Shown here in pieces: positions 9,389 to 18,473 of a DNA stretch of 64,000 nt (position 1 is its first letter; every line of letters starts with the position of its first letter). The DNA comes from Dehalococcoidia bacterium (GTDB lineage Bacteria > Chloroflexota > Dehalococcoidia > Dehalococcoidales > W498), in contig DUFC01000029.1 in assembly GCA_011191875.1 (NCBI GenBank), positions 2,660-66,659 of the forward strand, in the 5' to 3' direction. The position numbers and the translations under genes are program-made. The notes under the pieces are model-generated. The model saw nothing but the letters and a program-made list of their open reading frames with translations, was not told the DNA's origin and ran no database searches.

Positions 9389-9497
9389 ACTCGTTTATCA
9401 GGGGAAGGTTGAAGGGGCGAAGCCCCTTCAATAGTAATCTCTCCCCCTCTCCTTTGAAGGAGAGGGGGATTAAGGGGGTGAGGTAGATAAACAACCC
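9389..9497. repeat. composite G-rich hairpin element (TTGAAGGGGCGAAGCCCCTTCAA + CCCCCTCTCC..GGAGAGGGGG + GGGGGTGAGGTAGATAAACAACC)
   Basis: A reverse-orientation copy with an internal insertion lies at 27836-27999. It contains two strong stem-loops. Confidence 0.65.
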
Positions 9498-10479
9498 TAT
9501 CTGTTTTGACCTTGAGGGACCGCTGTCACCTCAAGATGATGCCTACGAGCTAATGAAGCTTTTCCCTAATGGTGATAAGCTCTTTGAGGTTATCAGTCGC
9601 TACGATAACCTGTTGACACTGGAAGCAAGAGAAGATTATGAGCCGGGGGATACCCTGGCACTCATAGTGCCATTCCTGGTGCTCCATAATATTTCAGAAA
9701 GCGATATTGCTGACTTAGCCAGTAGAGCTAGTTTAACCGGTGGCGCTGACAAACTTATACCCTGGCTCGAGTATAGTGGCTGGAAAGTATTTTGTATTGG
9801 CACCAGTTATGAACAATATGCCATTCACATTACCCAAAAACTAGGTATTTACGCCCATAATGTTGCCTGCACATCCTTCCCTCTGGATAAATTCCGACTA
9901 ACTTTATGTCAAGAAGACCTCAAGCTATTACATCAGACTGAGGAAGACATTCTAACCATGCGCCCGGTTACCGATGATGACCGGATTAAACTAAACCTGG
10001 ATAATTTCTTCTGGGCAAAATTACCGACTACTGATTTAGGGAAAGCAATAAAAGAGGTAAAGCCGGTAGGGGGACAGCGCAAGGTAGCTGCCTTAAACAG
10101 ATTTGCTGATTCTTATGGCCAGCCATTATCCAACTGGGTAGTGGTAGGTGATAGTATTACCGATTTCAAGATACTCCAGGCGGTGGAAGAAGCTGGAGGG
10201 CTAGCCATTGCTTTTAATGCCAATGAATATACCCTACCCTACTCAACTATGAGCCTGGCCTCTACACTCATCAGCGACCTAACTGAGGTGCTTCAGGCAT
10301 GGCAGAAAAACCAACGAAAAGGGGCAGAGAAAATAGTAAGGCAAAAGGAAAAAACTGGAGGTATGGGTGACAGGGGCTACTTTCACTGGCTATCGGGTAG
10401 AACAGATGTAGACGAGGTCATTGAGCTTCATAAGAGAATAAGACGCCTGGTCAGGGAAGAAGCCGGTAAGCTGGGGTAA
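9487..10479 (+). CDS. HAD-superfamily hydrolase-like protein (start uncertain, possibly non-canonical ATA/ATC)
   Basis: ..VVVGDSITDFKILQAV..GGLAIAFNAN.. is HAD motif III/IV-like. A motif-I-like ICFDLEGPLS is encoded in frame upstream of the first canonical start (ATG 9553), directly after an in-frame TAG at 9484-9486. Confidence 0.5.
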   Translation: MNNPICFDLEGPLSPQDDAYELMKLFPNGDKLFEVISRYDNLLTLEAREDYEPGDTLALIVPFLVLHNISESDIADLASRASLTGGADKLIPWLEYSGWKVFCIGTSYEQYAIHITQKLGIYAHNVACTSFPLDKFRLTLCQEDLKLLHQTEEDILTMRPVTDDDRIKLNLDNFFWAKLPTTDLGKAIKEVKPVGGQRKVAALNRFADSYGQPLSNWVVVGDSITDFKILQAVEEAGGLAIAFNANEYTLPYSTMSLASTLISDLTEVLQAWQKNQRKGAEKIVRQKEKTGGMGDRGYFHWLSGRTDVDEVIELHKRIRRLVREEAGKLG

Positions 10480-10555
10480 GGCTTTAATATAATTCCCTCT
10501 TATTATAGATAGATACTTCATTTTAGAGTCTTTTATTTCAAGAATGAGTATTTAA

Positions 10556-10745
10556 TCGATCCAAGTAACCCAGTCTGGTGATGCCTTCGCTGCTGGTTTT
10601 CTCTATGGGTTAATTGAAGGAAAAGACCTTAAGGGGTGTGGTCTTCTGGGTGATATTATAGCCCAGTTCTCAATGGCTAAACCAAGTGTAAAAGAGGAAC
10701 TATCCACCCTTAATAAACCGGCTCAACGCTACCGAGTACTTTATT
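10556..10745 (+). pseudogene. C-terminal remnant of a PfkB-family sugar kinase
   Basis: In-frame ..VTQSGDAFAAGFLYGLIEGKDLKGCGLLGDIIAQFS.. is the PfkB signature-2 region (DTxGAGDxF). A stop lies immediately upstream (10553-10555) and there is no N-terminal ~250 aa. The 3' limit is approximate. Confidence 0.6.
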
Positions 10746-10762
10746 CAGAGCAATTGCAAGGT

Positions 10763-11419
10763 CTACTCCTTTGCCGGCTTACTCTCAGCTTCGCCAGCCT
10801 CATCGGTCTTGGCTATTTCTTCCGTCGGTTTACCCAGAACTTCATCCACAATGCCATACTCTACTGCCTGCTCAGGGTTAAGGTAGAAGTCACGGTCGGT
10901 ATCATGAATTATCTTTTCCAGTGGTTGACCAGTGTGTTCAGCTATAATGCCTCGAATTATCTCTTGAATTCGCATAATCTCACGGGCAGCGATTTCTATA
11001 TCGGCTGCCTGCCCCTGAGCCCCGCCGAACGCCTGGTGCATGTGAATAGTAGAATTGGGTAGAGCATAGCGCTTACCCCTAGCTCCAGCACAAAGTAGTA
11101 GTGTCCCCATACTGGCTGCCAGCCCAACACAGATAGTAGATACATCAGGTCGTACAAGCTGCATAGTGTCATAAATGGCAAGACCAGCACTAATGATACC
11201 TCCAGGACAGTGGATATAGAGGCTTATGTCCTTATCCGGGTCTTCCCGCTCCAGATAAAGAAGCTGGGCAATAATAACATTAGCCACCTGGTCATTAATC
11301 GGCATACCTAACATGATAATGCGTTCTCTCAGCAACAGCGAGTATATATCGAAAGCTCGCTCCCCTCTGGCTCCAGTCTCAATCACCATAGGTATAACAT
11401 TCATCGGTTGGTTATTCAT
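10763..11419 (-). CDS. clpP: ATP-dependent Clp protease proteolytic subunit
   Basis: ..[32 protein letters not shown].., catalytic GLAASMG and ..IHQ. Acidic C-terminal tail. Confidence 0.95.
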   Translation of the reverse strand: MNNQPMNVIPMVIETGARGERAFDIYSLLLRERIIMLGMPINDQVANVIIAQLLYLEREDPDKDISLYIHCPGGIISAGLAIYDTMQLVRPDVSTICVGLAASMGTLLLCAGARGKRYALPNSTIHMHQAFGGAQGQAADIEIAAREIMRIQEIIRGIIAEHTGQPLEKIIHDTDRDFYLNPEQAVEYGIVDEVLGKPTEEIAKTDEAGEAESKPAKE

Positions 11420-11421
11420 CT

Positions 11422-12729
11422 TTACTCCTCCTTTGTCTTGATATTCGTAGCTGAACCCCCAGCTATTTCCACCAGTCGCTGTATAGTCTTTCGGGTCATT
11501 AATGACCGCTCAATCGACTCATGAGACTGTGGAGTATTTAGAATTTTCTGTATTTTATCTTTATTCTCAGCGGCACTTTCTACCATACCTTCAATCTCAG
11601 CCTCTATCTCAGCGTCACTAACTTCAATCTTTTCCTCCTTGGTAATCCTCCCCAGCACCAGTGAGCGGATAACCCTCTTTGTCGCCGGCGGACGCAATTC
11701 TTCCCGTAGCTCTTCCTCCGTCTTATTTTTAAGACTAAGATATTCCTCTAGAGTTCTGCCCTCTCTTTGCAAATACCTTGCTCGTTCACTGATAAGTCGG
11801 TCAATTTCCATCTCGGTCAAGACTGGTGGAAACTCCACTTCCGCCAGGTCAACTGCGGCTTCAATTACCCGCTCCTCAAAATCTATCTTGGCTCTCTCCT
11901 CGGCTTTGAGCCTTAAGTTAGTCGAAACCTGCTCCCGGAGTGAGTCTAATGTTTTGAAATCAGGATTTATCTCACCAGCAAATTCATCATTTAGCTCAGG
12001 AAGTCTCGCCTGCTTTATTTCAGCAACTCTTACTTTAAACCAAGCCTCTTTCCCAGCCAGCTCACCTCTAGGATAATCTCCAGGGAGTTGGAGCTTGAAC
12101 TCTTTCTCTTCATCCCTTCTCATCCCAGATAGCTGTTCGGCAAACCCAGCCACCGGGTAGGACAGGTCGTGAACAAGGTGATACTGAATTCCTTTCTCGT
12201 TTATAAAAGGCTTACCTTCAACATTACTCTCCACATTTAAAACTATCAAGTCATCAAATTCTACCGGTCGCTCTACAGGCTCCCATACAGCGTGCTGACG
12301 GCGTAGTTGCTCTATTGCTGTATTAACATCATCCTCGGTTACTTCCACGGGTTCTGGTATAAATTGAAGGTGATGGTAATCGCCAAGCTTAATCGTAGGC
12401 TTCAGCGGTACTGTTACCTTAAATATTACAGGGTCAGTCTGAGCTATTTCAATATGTGGCTGAGTGATAGGCTCAATTTCTTGCTCCTTAATCGCTTTCT
12501 CATAAGCTTGAGGCAATAGATTATTTAACGCCTCTTCAAAAAGGCTTTCCTTACCTATGTGGCCTTCCAGTATAGCCCGTGGCGCCTTTCCTTTACGGAA
12601 GCCAGGGATTTTCGTCTTCTTTACCAGAAGATGATAGGATACTTCTAGTGATTCCTCTACCTCAGCAGGCTCCATCTCAATGGTTAGAAATGCCTGACTA
12701 TTTTCTGTTTTCTCCTTGGTTACTTTCAA
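11422..12729 (-). CDS. tig: trigger factor
   Basis: N-terminal ribosome-binding ..[11 protein letters not shown].. motif. tig-clpP synteny. Confidence 0.95.
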   Translation of the reverse strand: MKVTKEKTENSQAFLTIEMEPAEVEESLEVSYHLLVKKTKIPGFRKGKAPRAILEGHIGKESLFEEALNNLLPQAYEKAIKEQEIEPITQPHIEIAQTDPVIFKVTVPLKPTIKLGDYHHLQFIPEPVEVTEDDVNTAIEQLRRQHAVWEPVERPVEFDDLIVLNVESNVEGKPFINEKGIQYHLVHDLSYPVAGFAEQLSGMRRDEEKEFKLQLPGDYPRGELAGKEAWFKVRVAEIKQARLPELNDEFAGEINPDFKTLDSLREQVSTNLRLKAEERAKIDFEERVIEAAVDLAEVEFPPVLTEMEIDRLISERARYLQREGRTLEEYLSLKNKTEEELREELRPPATKRVIRSLVLGRITKEEKIEVSDAEIEAEIEGMVESAAENKDKIQKILNTPQSHESIERSLMTRKTIQRLVEIAGGSATNIKTKEE

Positions 12730-14528
12730 GATTCCTCCCGCAGAAGCAAGTGTAATTCAGCCAACTGCTCCTCCGCAACCGATGAAGGAGCGTTAACGGT
12801 TAAATCAGTAGCACTTTGAGTCTTAGGAAAGGCAATCACTTCCCTGATGGTTTCCTCCCCTGCCATTAGCATCACAATACGGTCAATGCCAGGGGCGACA
12901 CCACCATGAGGGGGAGCACCATAGTCAAATGCCTCGAGTAGATGCCCAAAACGCTCCTCAATTTCATCATCATTATAACCAAGTAGCTTAAATATCTTCC
13001 TCTGAAGATGACTGGTATGAATCCTTATGCTGCCGCCAGCAATTTCACACCCGTTACACACCATATCATAATGCTTACCCCGTACTTTTTCAGGAGCAAC
13101 ATCCAGCAGAGAAACATCTTCATCCCTAGGCGCAGTAAACGGATGATGCATAGACTCCCATTGCCCCATCTCCTCATTCCGCGCCAACAAAGGGAAATCC
13201 ACAATGAAGGCAAAGGCAAGCACATTTGGGTCAGCCAACTTAAGCCGATGCCCCATCTCCCGGCGCAGCTCATCCAGTACCATATCAACTATTTTGGGTT
13301 TACCAGCAATGATAAGTAAAAGGTCTCCCATATTTGCCCCTAAACACTCTGCCATTTGTTTAATATGGTCTAGGGTTATAAATTTGGTTGCCACAGACTT
13401 TACCATTTCAAGGGTTAAATCGTTAATACTACCACCAGAAGTGCCCAGTATTATAGTTACTAAGCCTTTGGCACCAAGATTCTGCACCAGCTTATTTAAC
13501 TCATCAAGCTGATGGCGTGTATAGCTAGCACAACCAGGAGCGCATATACCTTTTACTTTACCTCCTTCAGCAATAGCCGAACGAAAAATAGAAAAATCAG
13601 ATTGGGCGACAATGTCTGATAGGTCTCTTATTTCCATACCAAAGCGTAAATCAGGCTTATCTGTGCCATAATGCTCCATTGCCTCAGCATAGGTAAGACG
13701 GGGGAAGGGTTTTATCATTCGCATTTCAGGTTTAACTGTCTCTACCATAGAGGCAAAAAGCCCCTCAAGCAGGTTAAGAATGTCCTCCTCCTCAATAAAG
13801 CTCATTTCTAAATCAAGTTGAGTGAATTCGGGCTGACGGTCAGCTCGTGTATCCTCATCGCGGAAGCACTTGGCTATCTGAAAATATTTCTCCACACCAG
13901 CTACCATTAGTAGCTGTTTGAGTTGCTGTGGAGACTGAGGTAGAGCATAAAATTTACCGGGGTAAAGACGACTAGGCACCAGGTAGTCACGAGCCCCCTC
14001 AGGAGTGCTCTTAATCAGGATTGGCGTTTCTACTTCAATAAACCCCTGGGCATCCAGGAAATCACGCATAAATTTAACTATTTGGTGGCGAAGGAGCAAA
14101 TTTCTTTTCATCCGAGCCCGGCGCAAATCAAGATAGCGATACTTGAGACGGAGGCTCTCCTCTACCTCAGTGTCTTCATTTATATAAAAAGGTGGTGTCT
14201 TTGATGTATTAAGTATCTCAGTATTATCGATGATGACCTCAACATCACCAGTAGGCAATTTAGGGTTTTCAGTCCCCGGGGGTCGGGGGGCAACTTCACC
14301 GCTAACCCTGACCACATATTCACTACGCATCTCGCTAGCTATTTCATGGCATGACTTTGATACTTCTGGGTTGAATACCACCTGAACTATGCCCCCTCTA
14401 TCTCGTAGGTCAATAAATATTAATCTCCCGTGGTCCCGACGGCGGTCCACCCAACCAGCCAGGTCAACATTAGCACCTACATGCTTCTTTCTAAGCTCGC
14501 CACAACTATGACTCTTAAGCAATATCAT
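12726..14528 (-). CDS. aspS: aspartate--tRNA ligase (bacterial type, 600 aa)
   Basis: OB-fold N-terminus (..GWV...RDHG.LIFIDLRDR.G..Q.V), class II motifs (..FRDED.RADRQPEFTQLD.E.., ..GGSIRIH.., ..G.PPHGG.A.G.DR). Confidence 0.95.
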   Translation of the reverse strand: MILLKSHSCGELRKKHVGANVDLAGWVDRRRDHGRLIFIDLRDRGGIVQVVFNPEVSKSCHEIASEMRSEYVVRVSGEVAPRPPGTENPKLPTGDVEVIIDNTEILNTSKTPPFYINEDTEVEESLRLKYRYLDLRRARMKRNLLLRHQIVKFMRDFLDAQGFIEVETPILIKSTPEGARDYLVPSRLYPGKFYALPQSPQQLKQLLMVAGVEKYFQIAKCFRDEDTRADRQPEFTQLDLEMSFIEEEDILNLLEGLFASMVETVKPEMRMIKPFPRLTYAEAMEHYGTDKPDLRFGMEIRDLSDIVAQSDFSIFRSAIAEGGKVKGICAPGCASYTRHQLDELNKLVQNLGAKGLVTIILGTSGGSINDLTLEMVKSVATKFITLDHIKQMAECLGANMGDLLLIIAGKPKIVDMVLDELRREMGHRLKLADPNVLAFAFIVDFPLLARNEEMGQWESMHHPFTAPRDEDVSLLDVAPEKVRGKHYDMVCNGCEIAGGSIRIHTSHLQRKIFKLLGYNDDEIEERFGHLLEAFDYGAPPHGGVAPGIDRIVMLMAGEETIREVIAFPKTQSATDLTVNAPSSVAEEQLAELHLLLREES

Positions 14529-14602
14529 CTCCCAGCATATCGAATCTTATAGAGATTATAACTTATACGAAGGTAGGCTTCAACTTGTACCATATATGTA
14601 AA

Positions 14603-14632
14603 TTGACAAGCGTGAGGTTCTAGGATTATCAT
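14603..14632 (+). promoter_or_regulatory. candidate sigma70-type promoter for the 14.7-19.6 kb cluster
   Basis: TTGACA (14603-14608), 18-nt spacer, TATCAT (14627-14632), about 58 nt upstream of ATG 14691. Confidence 0.3.
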
Positions 14633-14690
14633 CTTCTAAGTAGTAAAGCGGTTACGAAGCTAGAAGAATTTGATGAAGGAGGTTTGTATA

Positions 14691-14963
14691 ATGCCAGCAG
14701 CGTGTGGAATAGCTTGTGAAGTGTGTGGATTCAAGGATATGTGCGGCGGTTGCATGCCCGGTACAGACCCGAAGGCTCCGGAAAGACTAGAAAAGCTAAA
14801 GCAAATGCTGGGAATGCCCTGTCCAATGCTTGAGTGTGCCGTAAAGAATAAGGTTGACCATTGCCTCAGATGTGAGAAGTTCCCGTGTGATACTGCCTAC
14901 CTAGAGATTCCTTACAGTAAAAAAGTGCTTGATATTTTCAAAATGTTCAAAGAAGGGAAATGA
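14691..14963 (+). CDS. small Cys-rich protein, DUF3795-like
   Basis: AGGAGG 9 nt upstream of ATG 14691. MPAACGIACEVCGF..CGGC...C..LEC....V.HCLRCEKFPC pattern recalled from DUF3795. Confidence 0.5.
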   Translation: MPAACGIACEVCGFKDMCGGCMPGTDPKAPERLEKLKQMLGMPCPMLECAVKNKVDHCLRCEKFPCDTAYLEIPYSKKVLDIFKMFKEGK

Positions 14964-15046
14964 GCCGAGACCGAAACTTAAACAGCCAGCGCTTTGTAGC
15001 CGCCTCTATCTATAAGTTTAGGACTTTAGACTTCTAGGTTAAAGAT

Positions 15047-16255
15047 ATGACGAAAACTATCGAGGAAATAAACGAAAAGATACAACAGGGTAAAGCGGTA
15101 GTAGTTACTGCTGAAGAGGTAATAGACCTAGTTAAACATAAGAGCACTAAAAAGGTAGCACAGGAGGTAGATGTAGTTACTACCGGCACTTTTGGTCCCA
15201 TGTGTTCATCAGGTGCCTATATTAATATTGGACACTCTAAACCCCGAATAAAGCTTGGCGGTGGCAGGGTCTATCTTAACGATGTTCCGGCTTATGCCGC
15301 TTTCGCCGCCATAGACATATATATAGGGGCTAATGCCCTTCCCGATGACGACCCCAGAAATAGAGTCTACCCCGGCGAGTTCAATTACGGTGGCGGACAT
15401 GTAATTGAGGAACTTGTCGCCGCGAAAGATGTAAGGCTGGTAGCAACCGCCTACGGTACAGATTGCTACCCAAGGAAAAGGCTAGAAACCTGGATTAATA
15501 TTAAAGACCTCAATGAGGCGGTGCTATTTAACCTCAGGAACGCCTGCCAGAATTACAATATAGCAGTGAACCTCTCTGATAGGACACTCTATACCTATAT
15601 GGGTATGTTGAAACCAAATTTAGGCAATGCTAACTATTGTAGTGCCGGGCAGCTCTCCCCGTTGCTAAATGACCCATATTATAAGACCATTGGCATAGGC
15701 ACTAAGATATTTTTAGGCGGTGGAACTGGCTTTATCACCTGGCAAGGTACCCAGCATAACCCGAATGTTCTCCGCTCTGAGAATGGGGTACCCAAGAGAG
15801 GCGCCGGCACTCTTGCCGTGACAGGTGATTTGAAGCAAATGAGCCCACGGTGGTTAGTAGGAACAAGCATGTTAGGCTATGGTTGCAATATCACTGTGGG
15901 GATTGGCATCCCTATACCTATACTCTCTGAAGAAATCTTACATTATACTTCAGTAACCGATGATGATATTTTTGCTCCTGTGGTAGATTATTCAAAGGCA
16001 TATCCCCAGATGGAATCAGATATCCTGGGTGAAGTCAGTTACGCTCAATTAAAGAGCGGTAGGATAATAATTCAGGGTAAGGAGGTGCCTACCGCTTCTC
16101 TATCCAGCTACCCAAGGGCTGTAGAAATCGCTGCAATCCTAAAGGAGTGGATACTAAGCGGAAAGTTCGGGCTAACCCAACCAGTGGCACCCTTGCCTGG
16201 CATAGAGTCGGGCACAATTTTTAAGCCACTTAAAGAACGTCCGATACAGGAGTAA
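15047..16255 (+). CDS. homocysteine biosynthesis protein, COG1900/DUF39 (HcyBio) family
   Basis: The N-terminus MTKTIEEINEKIQQGKAVVVTAEEVIDLV is characteristic of MA1821/MJ0100-type proteins. Followed by a NIL-ferredoxin gene, as in methanogens. Confidence 0.75.
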   Translation: MTKTIEEINEKIQQGKAVVVTAEEVIDLVKHKSTKKVAQEVDVVTTGTFGPMCSSGAYINIGHSKPRIKLGGGRVYLNDVPAYAAFAAIDIYIGANALPDDDPRNRVYPGEFNYGGGHVIEELVAAKDVRLVATAYGTDCYPRKRLETWINIKDLNEAVLFNLRNACQNYNIAVNLSDRTLYTYMGMLKPNLGNANYCSAGQLSPLLNDPYYKTIGIGTKIFLGGGTGFITWQGTQHNPNVLRSENGVPKRGAGTLAVTGDLKQMSPRWLVGTSMLGYGCNITVGIGIPIPILSEEILHYTSVTDDDIFAPVVDYSKAYPQMESDILGEVSYAQLKSGRIIIQGKEVPTASLSSYPRAVEIAAILKEWILSGKFGLTQPVAPLPGIESGTIFKPLKERPIQE

Positions 16256-16283
16256 GACCCAATTTGTAATAGAGGTGGTAGAA

Positions 16284-16694
16284 ATGGCTATTTCAAGAAG
16301 AATAGTCCTGCATTTTCCCAGGCGTCTGGTAGACCGACCTATAGTATACCGGCTCATCAAGGATTACAACCTTGAATTTAACATTTTAAAGGCCGCAGTT
16401 ACTCCAGATGAAGAAGGGCTAATGGTTTTGGAGTTAAGTGGAAAGCAACAAGAGTACGATAAGGGTATCAGGTATCTAACCACGAACGGAGTGAAAATTC
16501 AAGCCCTTAGCCAGGATGTTATTCGCAATGATGATAGGTGCACTCATTGTGGTGCCTGTATAACTATTTGCCCCACCGGTGCTTTTGAGCTTGAGTCACC
16601 AACCAGACAGGTTAGATTTTATAATGAAAAGTGTGTTGCCTGCGGACTGTGTATAAAGGCCTGCCCGCCAAGAGCCATGGAGCTGCACTTTTAG
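16284..16694 (+). CDS. NIL domain + 2x[4Fe-4S] ferredoxin protein (MA1822-like)
   Basis: ..YNLEFNILKAAV...G.MVLELSG.. (NIL) followed by CTHCGACITICP and CVACGLCIKACP. GAGGTGG SD before ATG 16284. Confidence 0.75.
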   Translation: MAISRRIVLHFPRRLVDRPIVYRLIKDYNLEFNILKAAVTPDEEGLMVLELSGKQQEYDKGIRYLTTNGVKIQALSQDVIRNDDRCTHCGACITICPTGAFELESPTRQVRFYNEKCVACGLCIKACPPRAMELHF

Positions 16695-16697
16695 TTA

Positions 16698-17426
16698 ATG
16701 TATGAGCCGAGAACCTATCGCCACTGGGTTAAAGCCCAAGACTTAATCTCTTTTGATATAGTGGTAAAGGAGACAGATTTATATATTCGTGCCTCAACTA
16801 ACCTCCGAAGAAAAGCCTACAAACTGGTATTAAAATATCGTGACATATTAGAAAGGTATATTGAGCGACACCCTACCTTTTTAACTTCTCTTGAACCCAT
16901 TTCAGTTGATGATGACGCTCCTCGCATTATAAAGGCAATGGCACAGTCAACAGCGAGGGTTGGAATTGGTCCCATGGCTTCAGTAGCCGGGGCTATAGCT
17001 GAATTTGTTGGTAATGAACTATTAGTCTTTTCACCAGAGATAATTGTAGAAAATGGAGGTGATATATACTTGAAAAGCCTGAGAGAAAGGCTGGTAGGGA
17101 TTTATGCTGGTGAATCGCCTTTAACCGGCAAAATAGGGTTGAAAATCAATGGTGAGGATACACCATTAGGAATTTGCACCTCTTCAGGGACGGTAGGACA
17201 TTCTCTAAGCTATGGGAAGGCTGATGCAGTTATAGCGCTTTCTAAATCAGCTATTGTAGCTGATGCTGCTGCCACCGCTATAGGTAACTTGGTTACCCAG
17301 GCTAATGACATCCCAGACGGAATTGAGTTTGCTAAAGGCATTGAAGGGTTATCGGGAGTAATAATTATCAAGGATGATAGTATGGGGCTTTGGGGTGAAG
17401 TAAAAATCTGTCAAACCTCTGCCTAA
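16698..17426 (+). CDS. UPF0280 / ApbE-like (COG2122) protein
   Basis: MYEPRTYR......F.I.VKETDL.I.A.. and ..GPMA.VAGAIAE.VG.. are typical of UPF0280. This family co-clusters with COG1900 genes. Confidence 0.7.
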   Translation: MYEPRTYRHWVKAQDLISFDIVVKETDLYIRASTNLRRKAYKLVLKYRDILERYIERHPTFLTSLEPISVDDDAPRIIKAMAQSTARVGIGPMASVAGAIAEFVGNELLVFSPEIIVENGGDIYLKSLRERLVGIYAGESPLTGKIGLKINGEDTPLGICTSSGTVGHSLSYGKADAVIALSKSAIVADAAATAIGNLVTQANDIPDGIEFAKGIEGLSGVIIIKDDSMGLWGEVKICQTSA

Positions 17427-17462
17427 TAGAGAAACGATTACCCTTACTGAGGAGTAAAACAG

Positions 17463-18473
17463 TTGATAGAGTTGATAGTTCAGTTTTTCAGCGTATTCTG
17501 GGATTATCTCATTAAAATATTGCCCTTCCTGGCAATAGGCTTTTTTCTGAGTGGTTTAATCCATCAATTTGTCCCCTCAAAGTGGGTGGATAAGCACCTC
17601 GGCGGGCGAGGAATAAAGCCCCTTCTCTATGCTACCCTTGTCGGAGCAGTCCTCCCCATCTGTTGTTTTGGCTCTCTCCCGGTAGCGGTGAGCCTCCATC
17701 AGAAGGGGGCAAGATTAGGAGCCGTTTTAGCCTTTCTGGTAGCAACTCCAGCTACCTCCATAACTGCCCTTCTTGTGTGCTACACCCTTCTGGGGATAAA
17801 ATTCACCGTGTTTATATTCTTGGCTGTGATTTTAATGGGGCTGGCTATGGGTCTTGTTGGAAACTTGCTTAAAGTCAAGCCCACAGCTTTCGCTTCTCAA
17901 AATCAACAGCTAGCTATAGACCCAGTTTGTGGGATGAGTGTAGAAATAGGGAAGGCAATTAAAACAGAATATAATGGAGAGATTTATTATTTTTGCTGTC
18001 CCTACTGTCAACAGGCATTTGAAAGTAGACCGAAAGAATATTTGGGGACTTATTCCAGGAACATTCCCCACCAGCTGAAGCATGTCTTCAAGTTTGCCTT
18101 TGTGGATATGGTTAAGGAGATTGGTCCCGAGTTACTTTTAGGATTAGCCCTAGCCGCCCTAGTAGCCGCGATTACGCCAGTAGGGAAATTTGTCGGGGAC
18201 TATTTTAGCGGTGGCTTAGGCTACTTATTCAGCCTGGTTTTTGGTTTGGTGATGTATATCTGCTCCACTGCCAGCGTTCCTCTGGTAGATGCCTTCATAT
18301 CGCAGGGGATGAACCCAGGGGCCGGGATGCTGCTGCTCTTGGTGGGTCCTATTACCAGTTGGGGGACTATCTTTGTTTTAAGAAAAGTATTCGGCGGTAA
18401 AACCCTGCTTGTGTATTTGGCAGTCATCAGTATAATGGCTTTAGCTTTGGGCTATTGCTTTTCAATAATATAG
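17463..18473 (+). CDS. COG0701/DUF318-type permease with an internal YHS/TRASH metal-binding domain
   Basis: Two multi-TM halves separated by DPVCGMSVEIGKAIKTEYNGEIYYFCCPYCQQAFESRPKEYL. TTG start 8 nt after GAGGAG. Confidence 0.65.
   Translation: MIELIVQFFSVFWDYLIKILPFLAIGFFLSGLIHQFVPSKWVDKHLGGRGIKPLLYATLVGAVLPICCFGSLPVAVSLHQKGARLGAVLAFLVATPATSITALLVCYTLLGIKFTVFIFLAVILMGLAMGLVGNLLKVKPTAFASQNQQLAIDPVCGMSVEIGKAIKTEYNGEIYYFCCPYCQQAFESRPKEYLGTYSRNIPHQLKHVFKFAFVDMVKEIGPELLLGLALAALVAAITPVGKFVGDYFSGGLGYLFSLVFGLVMYICSTASVPLVDAFISQGMNPGAGMLLLLVGPITSWGTIFVLRKVFGGKTLLVYLAVISIMALALGYCFSII

Noticed and set aside
10673-11062. 129-aa plus-strand ORF overlapping clpP
   Set aside because: Only its first ~25 codons (and the upstream in-frame sequence) are meaningful, as the PfkB remnant. 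The rest is antisense read-through of clpP.
14529-14602. T-box or other leader upstream of aspS (and 25864-25949 upstream of alaS)
   Set aside because: The spacers are under 90 nt. I see no specifier/T-box (AANNNGGTGGNACCGCG-like) sequence or terminator/antiterminator pair.
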